DNA from: Elusimicrobiota bacterium
GTDB taxonomy: Bacteria; Elusimicrobiota; Elusimicrobia; F11
NCBI GenBank assembly: GCA_044221725.1
Contig: JBGAON010000002.1
Location: forward strand, 128,001 to 192,000
Length of the DNA stretch: 64,000 bases
Reading direction: 5' to 3'
The position numbers and the translations under genes are program-made. The notes under the pieces are model-generated. The model searched no databases and was not told the origin of the DNA. It saw only the letters and a list, made by a program, of their open reading frames with translations. Positions 31,001 to 37,800 of the stretch are shown here, in pieces (positions within the stretch are counted from its first letter, which is position 1; the number at the start of each line of letters is the position of its first letter).

Positions 31001-34000
31001 AATGATTTCTTCGAGCAGTGAGCGGCCGCTTGATTTTTGCGCTGCCTCATCCAAAATCTGATTCAGAATTGACTCGTTGGCTCGTCTCTGCTGTTCGAGT
31101 TCGACGCGGTAACGGTCCGCGCGTGATTGCGCGAGCACCGTTGCGATTTCGGTATCCGACATTTTGTTGATGATTTCCGTGGTTCGTGTAATCCGTGCGG
31201 CCTCCGTCTCAACTTGTTGGCGCAGCTTTCCAACGGATTCCATCAGTTCACCTTTATACCGCAGCACGCTTTGAAGCAATTGTTTTCTTTTGCGGTCGTA
31301 ACGGTCCTTTTCTCTCAGGTGGTGCGCTTTTCTGTCGGTGTTCTCTTCGTCTTGCATGTGTGTTTGTTCGTTCTCCGCAAGTTTGCGGTATTTTTCAACA
31401 AGAATTGTCTGGCGGTCGGCAATGGCTTTATGAAAAGAAAAAAGCGTCCGATAGGCGGCGTTGATTTCCTCAATATCGAGTCGGAAACCGTCGAGATAAC
31501 TTTTGTCTCCGGGTTTGTCTTTGAGCGTTCCGCTATGCAATTCTCGTAAAAGGGCGTCAACGCGGTCCGCTCTCGGCTTTGAAAGATGGCGTTTCAATTC
31601 ATCTTTTTTAATGTGAAATTCCAACACGACCGTCGATGATCGAAGCTTTTCATAGTTGGTCCAAAACTCGTCAAGCTTTGCTTCCCATTCGTCCAGCCGA
31701 ATTCTCCAGTCACTCAATTTTTTATCGTCGGATTCGTCGAGGCTGTCATACGTGGCCTTCGGAAGAGTTTCAAGCGTCGGTATGCTGTTAATGTGGTCCC
31801 GCACAATCTGATGGCGCGCCGCTACAGCTCTCTGCGCGGACTCCAGTAGATAAAGCGTTGCTTCGCTTATGATCTCTGTCGCGGCGTTTCTACCGTGAAG
31901 AACAATGGCGTCGGTGACAGGGTCGGCAGCGGCATCGGACGGGGGGGCAGCATTTGCCGGGTTAAGAGTCTGTTCCAGTAGATTATCGAGCATCGTTTTG
32001 CCGGCGCCAAATTTTCTTCCGTTGGCGGCGGCGATTTGCGCGTCAAGGTGGTTCGAGAGATCTCCGAGCGCTTTCAATGCTTTTTGAATTTCTTGGTTGT
32101 CGATCGCGATTTTCTTCGAGGCCTCTTTGATTTCGTTGACGGCGGCGGCCGTTGACGCATCGGTCACGAGCACGTTCCGGGCAAGAACGGCATTTGCAGC
32201 AGAAGTATTTGTTTGTGCCGGAACAGGTGATTCGTCCGCGCTCGCGGATGCCAGTGGCAGCCAATCGCCCAGACGTTTAGCCAAGCCACTATTTGATTGG
32301 CGCAGGCCAAGCACCAGGCGGTTGTATCCCATGTGAATTCCAATCCCAACAAAAAGTCCACCGATGGCGGTAAGATTCTTTTGAGTCTCTGAAAGATCCG
32401 CCATGAGCGAGGGAAGCGCCAGCGGAAGCGACAACAGCGACCCTATCACCGCCATCAAGAAAATCTTTTGACCCACGGTGGCTTTTCGATGCACCAATCC
32501 AAAAACAATGTTCGCAGCGATCGCGATAGCACCCATGGTCATGGTGTTGGGGCCAGCCGCTACATGGACGGCGAGCGGCAATTGGAAGATCCATTCCCAG
32601 AACGGCGCACCGGCAAGTGGACGTTGGGCCCACGAAAACAATGGTTTCGCTGCCGTTGGGTTTTCCGTGGTGTTTTGCGTTTCACTTTCGGTCCGCTTCA
32701 CTGTGTCGTACAACTGTTGGGGTACGAGAATTGCTCCAATTGTTTTTGTCCAAAATGTCCCTGGGAATAGTTTTGTGATCGTTAAAACGTGCTCACGGAA
32801 GAGCAGTAGTTTTTCTTTGAACGTAAACTTTGCGGTGATGTCGTCACGTGTCGGATCGGTTTTGTCGAGGATATTTATGCGGAACGTGAGTCGACGTTGA
32901 CCGATGCGCCAAGGAAATGTATCGACGCCAAGCAGGCGTGCACTCAAGCTTCCGAAGGTGCGGATGTGTGTGGCCACGCTGTTCTGGTCTTCGGGGGCTA
33001 CGAAAAGTTTTTCGCCCTGAACTAGTTTTTCGATGGGGGTTTTTTCGCGCGCGAAGACCGTGAGATAAGCGCTTCCGGAGGCGTTATCAATCTTGGTGAT
33101 CTTGGGCGAAACCACGACGTAGGGGATTTTCTTTTCGCGGAGGCGTTGCGTAAAGAGAGGCGTGTGGAAACCGCCTACGACGAGCCCCTTCACCGGATGG
33201 GCTTCGCCCATCGCCTCTCTCCCAATGGACGGCGCTGGAGGAAAGGGATTCTCTTTTAAAAGGTTCGCGAGCATTCTCTCGGTGCGGAGGTCCGCTTGTT
33301 CGTAGAAGCTTTCGAAAGGTTTTAAAAAGGTACTTCGTGCAGTGTCCTTCGTCCCTCGTCTCTGGTATTCGTTAATCGAATTCGTCGTGCGACGTACGCT
33401 GTACGAAGCACGAAGTACCTTTTTGTAGTTCTCCCATTCTTTAGCTGTCAGCGAAAACTCCACAAGTTTCTTCGTGAGTGCCACGTGCTCGCTTTCGGCG
33501 AGCAGCTGTTGTTCGCTGCCCGTTTTTGCGATTTCTTTTTTTAGCGCGGTCTCGAGCGCGTCAATCTCGTCGAAGAGTGTGTCGGCTTTGATGCTGTCGG
33601 TGAGCAACACGTAGCGCAGATAATTTTCAAATACGGGTGTCTCGCGAAGATTGATTCCTTTTTTCTCGCAGAGATTGCGGAGATTTCCGTAGTACCGTCC
33701 GAACGTCAACCGGCCGGACCGATACGCCACGCTTTGAGCGAGCAAATCGGACGTTTCGTTTTCACTGAGCGTTGCCGCTAGTTTTTTTAATGTTCGGTTT
33801 CGTTCGACTTCGATTCTCGGTAAATCCAGCGTCCGTTCCATCTGAAACGCTTCAAGAAAACGTGCCACGGTGGACAAAGGCGATGGTTCTTTTATTTCGG
33901 CCAGCTTGCTGAGATAGGTGCCGAGGCCTATCTGTTCGGCGTGATAGGCCGCTTGTATTTCGTCGAACCGTTGCAGCGAGGGAGAAAACACTTTCTTTTT

Positions 34001-34729
34001 CTGTTCAACGAGTTCGGTTTCTGCGCGGGCGATTTCTTTAAGTGCCGATTTCTTTATCGAGCGGGAATCCAGGTAGGCTTGTACGTTCGCGTCGTAATGT
34101 TCGCGGTCATCAACGCCAAACCAATCAAGGGTTTTTTCGGCGTTTGTGATGCCAGTGAATGTCGGCGCCGCCATGACGTTTTGATTCAGATAAGACTCGG
34201 CTATTTGTCGCACAGCGGGTTTATCGACGAACTTCCGAAATGCGGAGAAATCCATTTCTCCGAACGCGCCTTCCACGCCGATGCGAGCGGCCAATTTTTC
34301 ATCAATGAGCGTTTGCAGCGTGGCCGCGATATTCGCTTGCGCTTCGCTGTTCATGTGAATATCTTGAACGATGACAATCGGGGTTTTGAGCTGGGTTTTG
34401 TCGCTCGTCGAGTTGGGGAAAACCTCCTGGATCGTTGAAGGCGTCAGAGAGAGCGCTTCAATTACGGGCTTAATTGCAGCGGGCAACTTCTCAAAGCGGG
34501 GTTCCAGTGATGGCTTTAATGTCGGAATTGAAGGAAGGGATGCTCCGATAGCTGAAAAACGCTGCGAGATCGGCGCGCTCGGTGAGAGAGCCGCGTATTG
34601 CGCGGACTGCGCTTTCTTCCGTTCGGACCAAATACTGATTTCGGGCTGACTTCCCAGCGCGATTTGCGTTGTGAAATAAACCAAACAAAGACTGCCAGAA
34701 ATGATTTTTTTAACGGAGGGGACTGTCAC
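22088..34729 (-). CDS. Giant 4213-aa multi-domain membrane protein (TraB/TIKI-like N-domain, five CPBP-like TM modules, WD40 repeats, HExxH domain)
   Basis: Uninterrupted 12.6-kb ORF; signal-like N-terminus; about 12 WD40 repeats at ~26930-28420; LVHEGRH at ~25607-25627; repeated TM modules. Confidence 0.92.
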   Translation of the reverse strand: MTVPSVKKIISGSLCLVYFTTQIALGSQPEISIWSERKKAQSAQYAALSPSAPISQRFSAIGASLPSIPTLKPSLEPRFEKLPAAIKPVIEALSLTPSTIQEVFPNSTSDKTQLKTPIVIVQDIHMNSEAQANIAATLQTLIDEKLAARIGVEGAFGEMDFSAFRKFVDKPAVRQIAESYLNQNVMAAPTFTGITNAEKTLDWFGVDDREHYDANVQAYLDSRSIKKSALKEIARAETELVEQKKKVFSPSLQRFDEIQAAYHAEQIGLGTYLSKLAEIKEPSPLSTVARFLEAFQMERTLDLPRIEVERNRTLKKLAATLSENETSDLLAQSVAYRSGRLTFGRYYGNLRNLCEKKGINLRETPVFENYLRYVLLTDSIKADTLFDEIDALETALKKEIAKTGSEQQLLAESEHVALTKKLVEFSLTAKEWENYKKVLRASYSVRRTTNSINEYQRRGTKDTARSTFLKPFESFYEQADLRTERMLANLLKENPFPPAPSIGREAMGEAHPVKGLVVGGFHTPLFTQRLREKKIPYVVVSPKITKIDNASGSAYLTVFAREKTPIEKLVQGEKLFVAPEDQNSVATHIRTFGSLSARLLGVDTFPWRIGQRRLTFRINILDKTDPTRDDITAKFTFKEKLLLFREHVLTITKLFPGTFWTKTIGAILVPQQLYDTVKRTESETQNTTENPTAAKPLFSWAQRPLAGAPFWEWIFQLPLAVHVAAGPNTMTMGAIAIAANIVFGLVHRKATVGQKIFLMAVIGSLLSLPLALPSLMADLSETQKNLTAIGGLFVGIGIHMGYNRLVLGLRQSNSGLAKRLGDWLPLASASADESPVPAQTNTSAANAVLARNVLVTDASTAAAVNEIKEASKKIAIDNQEIQKALKALGDLSNHLDAQIAAANGRKFGAGKTMLDNLLEQTLNPANAAPPSDAAADPVTDAIVLHGRNAATEIISEATLYLLESAQRAVAARHQIVRDHINSIPTLETLPKATYDSLDESDDKKLSDWRIRLDEWEAKLDEFWTNYEKLRSSTVVLEFHIKKDELKRHLSKPRADRVDALLRELHSGTLKDKPGDKSYLDGFRLDIEEINAAYRTLFSFHKAIADRQTILVEKYRKLAENEQTHMQDEENTDRKAHHLREKDRYDRKRKQLLQSVLRYKGELMESVGKLRQQVETEAARITRTTEIINKMSDTEIATVLAQSRADRYRVELEQQRRANESILNQILDEAAQKSSGRSLLEEIIAKTTFPPASINDTWARETFFHGKFRGTVRGKIYYALYTIFGAAGVELRYFLPIASSRMGTLGLVGMVLSLSLIPLGIVPSDNGFDVIAVKIAAAFFAIPWIRNRAKEFTAAHPLRAPPPFVGLVLAGITILPSFYSGIDSPHALWGYLANYTGHALYNAFALFFGWPTASAADDKTIIDNEAFMKLLREKYAPTKNPTLSFEDASQLLRIFRSYTIAGGFKLQVSMAHFAAAPPTATDTLPIISSYALQIDQTAEERTLLDLNLQVPQIPIPLPLNRYGERMDEPGKQLWLAHGSLTKTSDHFIYQPMDDRTWSPKKLFFSRLFTLLAEKGYRALLIPNLREISARHLLELSGQGFTGQGIHNDSQFVYVDLTRYIDRNEAKVETAAESPETVARKLLTDAPEELLSELRNPEVEDYFGLLVLQGALPANVDARIRLYNAAKRYLKPGDITTKVLATLDTVSLGSRFPFAHELTPFFATWRKVSEPLANERAELEKAAILTADDFLVWMDLAGFTELGSSPEALLAMKETKRPNGSPTASAFEAIRQLLEIEHVRALAGQGIISARMTDANMAEFLSEELFVRFGLDPAHTSVIRVENEQKETTELYLVSPIQRSVGTMDAPVNANFAVVHAHLRFGGFERDFPDALIDVAEKVTHPFSYDATGLTIAICYLDTSDDKKNVGKTVKESFGLEADPYATPRSLVIIKSSEDTARLVGRAQKLKKPKSIRAILNAVGLLNDISSPLEPGKEELAKLLLQRFSTSIDFSAAAHLQSKFETLAAIVSALNNDPEAERTVVDAVNHLLETQATQLRELPMESIFKWIAATANMSKDSRKKNDAALDNVAPRVETINDYRAYLQPVMKNVSPNGKLIAVPLGKNVVVFELATGKIHSILKGHSFRVNAVAFSPNGDRIATGSQDGTARVFSTSDGNVTAILDANGGETYAVAFSTDGEYVITGNGVGTARIFRISGGPAIAVLRGQSERVTAVAFDSENKIAVSVASNCTIIVFDTSESQIISVRNTDPPRPIRDIALSPDGKTLAAVGPYNDVHLFDLRSEQYRRIPTTHSADLFAVNFTANGEQIVTSSLDGTIRILDAHQGQQLRMLRGHSQTFEHVSYSPDGRFGLLADRINPAPIFDPSGNATIELTGNFGSFGAGVFSLDGKKVAVVGRDDGTLRILNVSNGKEIWAFKNQWPLHAVAFSRNGKMIAIGGSESGTVRVFDTDTGEILNVLNGPMGTISAIAFSPDSERVLAASWDQTAYIMHRHGREKDLRLTEDKFWISAAAFSPDGQYVIASGADDTAVRLFNATDGHLIAKMEGHLAGVRGAAFSPDGKLILTQSADETTRIWDAESHQLLRILPSIAFPIAKIKHFNVARILEETADDPRQPLERNAILYNPTLVSPASINDAWARGKFLNGTLAGKIYYVLHTIFGAAGVELTYFLPTASSRIAMIGLIGMLLSLSLVPIGMVPSDNTVHVVAPKLAAALFALPWIREKARAFTNAHGMRAPPAFVGYVLTLLTILPSFYFGIDSPHSLWVGYLANTIAHAFYNAFALTFGWRVASIPENTGDRADLLKMIATRKKDWLEFAKQDPQVKLAEPFIMERLDHARRVIEQAPTVDPVFKPIVDRFIEQILAPVLALPINQLHHLLGSYFWKKANQFLNVMQRAETQIFNRQTKIYQLNLIVANALKGKQNWGPAGFFYLPFNEPLLQVEYGPDTSQRDIDKIKKAGEILKMLMEQPDPLHERTYIKESLTAITNILVDPDLPSHGETNRSGVIKINPASLTALQIASTLVHEGRHNLSTVIRKMSDIGMHHGEKEIPFDPWFTDGKAPVARFLDEVDAYGYSQLLESEFWNARGFNPETDSKEIAYMAEQLLIASMAISILMAEERAKKLDTTARHWLVNLLFLWNRIAEESLPRIKEALTYGTANNNFTDVELRDLQNAKATLRDIAHTWLIDATQLAIKSGWEGPEEDDFSSTGGLLTTLRPLGQWATAPFFQFFTGEKMTTTDYNRWAAPAFENILVGIAVFVMTAQFGYDFNTANIFAWSVFALLHPFERAVILAFHKFFGTKFHAPPAYNSMAALIVAISGILFGSTIFSFVQQTNIAVFLTVLSSAAPHFLVNRKDPLRDQQLKNIETALLERLINTTFAPQLLDQIANQSIEHRRIPTDIRENWINPIVGNTDLSKKEMLMLLNNVRTKLNENVETPVVALLKDANHHVEFKEAFIGPVIIYLDNNQSARSIDASNKYEFVPIENDQIKLTRHVTGERIVQIEDGQASEFFDEPISAGAHPRESTFGLGEKFYFANQRSIMVTKEKGFFIATIVDEQSADGTMVRLNRPRVPDNVRLAHRAVAGKPVRLLTTRYSQWLHMKFSGKQFKTNGKTVVMNGPLSQNDISSSLTSHDALAVNADGIIYFAAAANILTVPPHIAAAARIEKKTRRRINNDGEMVASTKVKLFIRIDPDKGFSFQYEESEFVLHHKENTYLVQMQADGSCYVALIRPGKSAVLANMHSGQVLFAGESLELDSSVTLMLNPRGSNSVTPDMRPLFVVSNIPSVDPNAESVTPAPVEIEFNASPYPILYSAVERAKKNNSSGTGGLLFTLRGGVLWLFPSLGPTTYNRMVAPFLENAFVFLVVCAFVNLGMDFKTANRFAWSLFAALHAAEYFLIPWINRRYGKQFSEPRFTNSVFATLIAVFAIYSSTLVIPGDAKTYRYFGFNTMLSHYFANNLLHADESARQRPKYAQADAELLAHLVSAISKKDRAAALRLLAPHVEQYGLNEVLNRWEKNAEKRTFRSELRQQLPNMSPESADLYAPALTAVIIEAFGLVTPAPATTKATEYIFQGTENAQSIAAGMLITGLTKPTVWLIKDNAHTKEHYEKIKNALALLGARIEIKTYKEEKEAGIKFNIFDPESVHDQQLPSGVTSAKDVRFVLSGDMHVHVPNADILELKNLIPRVEDIERTVRLVLQSA
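33324..33424. repeat. In-frame hairpin element with a perfect 17-bp inverted repeat and internal heptamer repeats
   Basis: aaaaaggtacttcgtgc (33324-33340) / gcacgaagtaccttttt (33408-33424). Confidence 0.8.
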
Positions 34730-34735
34730 TTCCTT

Positions 34736-34822
34736 ATAATAAGGCAGGTTCCCTTAAGATCGCCTTTAGGGGGGATTAAGTTTCCCTTAAGGTTCTCGGC
34801 GGACAATCGGTACATTGTACCG
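34736..34822 (-). promoter_or_regulatory. Promoter/operator region of the giant gene
   Basis: -10 TATTAT 6 nt before the GTG; minus-strand repeats CTTAAGGGAAA CTTAATCCCCC CTAAAGGCGAT CTTAAGGGAAC at 11-bp spacing; palindrome cggtaca-t-tgtaccg at 34808-34822. Confidence 0.6.
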
Positions 34823-34855
34823 CCGCCTTATCGATACTTCCGATCTACGTGTTAA

Positions 34856-37800
34856 TTACGCTGCTTTGCGCGTCTGTTGCGAGATGTTTTCGAGTTCGGT
34901 GCGCAGTTCGTGTTTTTCGTTTTGCACGCGGCGCAATTGTTCGTCCATGATGCTTTGCTGACGCATGAACTCTTGCGTGATGACTTCGACCCGTTTCGTG
35001 AGGTCCTTGCGCGCCTCTTCGAGTTCGCGTTTCCGAACTTCGCCTTCTTCCACGAGTCGATCGTACTCGGCTTTTTGATTGTCGAGTTGCAGTTGTTTGT
35101 TCTGCATTTCGGACATCGTTTTCTCGACTTGCACGGTCATCTCGTGCTGCTTCGCGAGATATTTGCGTTGGAGTTCTTCTTCTTTTTGCGTGAACGAGGC
35201 TTGCACTTCGTTCATACGCGCCATGAGCTTCATTCGCATGTCGGTCGCTTCTTCCAGCCAGTGTTGGCGCGCGGTCGCGAACTCCGCTTCCTTTTCTGCC
35301 ATCTGCTTGCGCGCTTTCTCCGCAATTTCGTTTACGCGGTTCTCAAAACGCGACGGCCATTCGATTTCAACGCTCTTCTTGTAGCCTTCGAATTCTTTTT
35401 CGCGTTGCGCGAGCGCGGCCAACAGCGCTTCTTCTTTCTTTCGATAAGATTCGCGCAGCATATCGGCTTCCTCTTGGGCCCGCAGCTTTGCGTTCTCGAG
35501 GGCGGCCAATGTTTCTTCGTGCTCTTTGCCCCAACGTCCCTTCTGTTGCTCGACCTGCTGCATCCGGGCGAGATTTTCTTTTTCGAGGCGGTCGAGATCG
35601 GCTTTGTAGCGTTTCTCGAGTTGGTCGAGCGCCGCCTGTTTTTCGAAAATCATTTTCTGGCGCGCGGCTTCGTCCTCTTCCAATTTTTTCTGGGAACGCG
35701 TGTTGCGTTCGTGCCACAGCTGCTCTTGCTCAGCCGCGCGGTTGCGCAAAGTCTCTTCCATTTGTTGATACATGGAGCGCTGCTCTTCTTCTATTTTCTT
35801 TCTCATTTCGTCAGAGATCGCGGAAAGATGACGGCGTTCCTGTTCAATGCTTACTTCGAACGCCTTTCGTTCCGCGGCCAAGCGCTGGAACGCATCTTGT
35901 TTTTCTTGGTTAAGCGCCTGTTGTTTGCCGCGGAGTTCGGCTTCTTTTTCTTGGACTTCGACGAGAAGCGCGCGTTTCAGATCTTGGAAGGATTTCTCGC
36001 GCTCGGCTTCTTTTTGTTGAGCGGATTCTTCGAGTTCGGTGGCACGTTTTTTCCAAAGCTCTTCCAATTCCTTCGCGAGGTCGCGGTGGGATTGTTCGGC
36101 TTTCATTTCCCAGTTCTTCTGCTCCATCGTGATGCGAGCGCGAAGATCTTTTTCAAATTTCTCCATCTGTTCCGTATCTCGAAGCATAGTCTCCTCCCAA
36201 GCATTCTTATTCTGCTGAAATTGAGCATGCAACCCGCGCTCGAGCGCCGCCAACCGTTCTTCTTCCTTTCGGCTGCGGAGCTCCATTGCTTCTTCCTTCA
36301 TTTTAACGGCCGCAAGATCGGAATCAAGTTGCGCTTTTCTTTTTTCCCAGTCGCTTTGCTCGCGCGCCAGCAGTTGTTGTTTCTCGTGATAGGTACGCTC
36401 GAGCTCGGCCTGTTTGCTTTCGTACATGCGGGCCAACTGTTTGCGTTCTTCTTCGGTAATTTGCTCCAGTTCTTCGGTACGCCTCTTGAGACGCTCTTCC
36501 ACTTCGGCGGTACGCCGACGGAACGATTCCTCAAACTGCGCTTCCAAATCTTTCTTTTCGCTGGCGAGCTTGCTGCGCAGTTCGCTTTCGGCGAGCGCTA
36601 ACCGCTGTTTTTCGTCGGCAACAAACCGACCGAAGACTTCCTGCTCCACTTTGGCTTTCTCGCGCAGTTCTTTCTCTATGAGCTCGACGCGTTGCTTATC
36701 GGTCTCCTGGTGTTCCTTCATGAGCCGATATTCTGACTCGGCTTTTGCGCGCAGTTCCTCTTCGAGCGCTTCAATGCGGCGTTTTTCGACATCCGCTTTG
36801 TTTTGAAGCATGCGGCGCTCGTTCGCCAAAGATTCGAGACTCGCCGATTTCGCCAATTCCCATTGTTGTTTTTCGAGAATCAGTTGCGCTTCTTTCGCAC
36901 CAAAGTCCTTTTCGAGATCATTGAATTTGGTTTCGTACATTCGCTGTTTCTGGGAAAGCAATTCGTCTGCCTGTTTGTCGAGCTGAGCCATTTTCGCGGC
37001 TTCTTTTTCCAGCAACACCTTCTCTGCTTCGACAAAGCGGTCTTGCAGCGTGCGTTCTTGTTGCGCGAGACGGAACTTTAGCTCGTTTTCTTTGTCGAGA
37101 AGCTCTTGGTCCTTTTGCTTGCGGAACGTTTCAAAATGGGCTTTCGCCTCCTCAATAATCATGCGCTGATTGTCGAGGTCGATTTGGGCGCGGTCGCGCT
37201 GATTGTTCCACTCTTGAACCGCCATCGCGCGTCGGCTTTCTTCCAGTGCCATTTTCGATTCGAGTTCCACGCGGCGCGCATGGAACGTCTTCTCCAAATC
37301 GGCCTGTTGTTCGCGCAGCGCTTCCTCCGCGCGCACTTGCAACCGCGCTTGCTCGCGCGTCATTTTGTCGCGGAAGGCCCGCTCCTCGTTGGCCAGTTGC
37401 TGATATTGCGCATCCACCTTCGCTTGCTGCGCCACGCGTTCTTCTTCCATGCGGCGCTGCGCTTCGGTTTCCATGAGTTCGAGCCGCTGAGAAACTTCCT
37501 CCGCGCGTTGTTGCAAAAGCGCTTTCTCGTTCTCCACTTTGACCATTAAATCTTTCTCGAGCAAATCAAGTCGGTCGCGGTCTTCCCGTGTTTTGTCGAG
37601 CCAAATCTTTTGTTCTTCCTCGGCTTTTGTCTGAATCTGTCGTTCCATATCCTGCAGTTTTTTCTGGTCCGCTTTCATTTGAGCATCCCACATTTCTTTT
37701 TCTTGACGAATGCGGGACATCACGTCGGCCTGCTCTTTCTGGAGCGCCTCGCGTTTCTGCTGGATTTCGATATCAAGAGTTTTGCGTTCTTTCTCGAGCG

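Noticed and set aside
34877..36601. 574-aa plus-strand ORF and neighbouring F/L-rich ORFs
   Set aside because: Antisense shadows of the E/K/Q-rich coiled-coil gene; no independent coding signal
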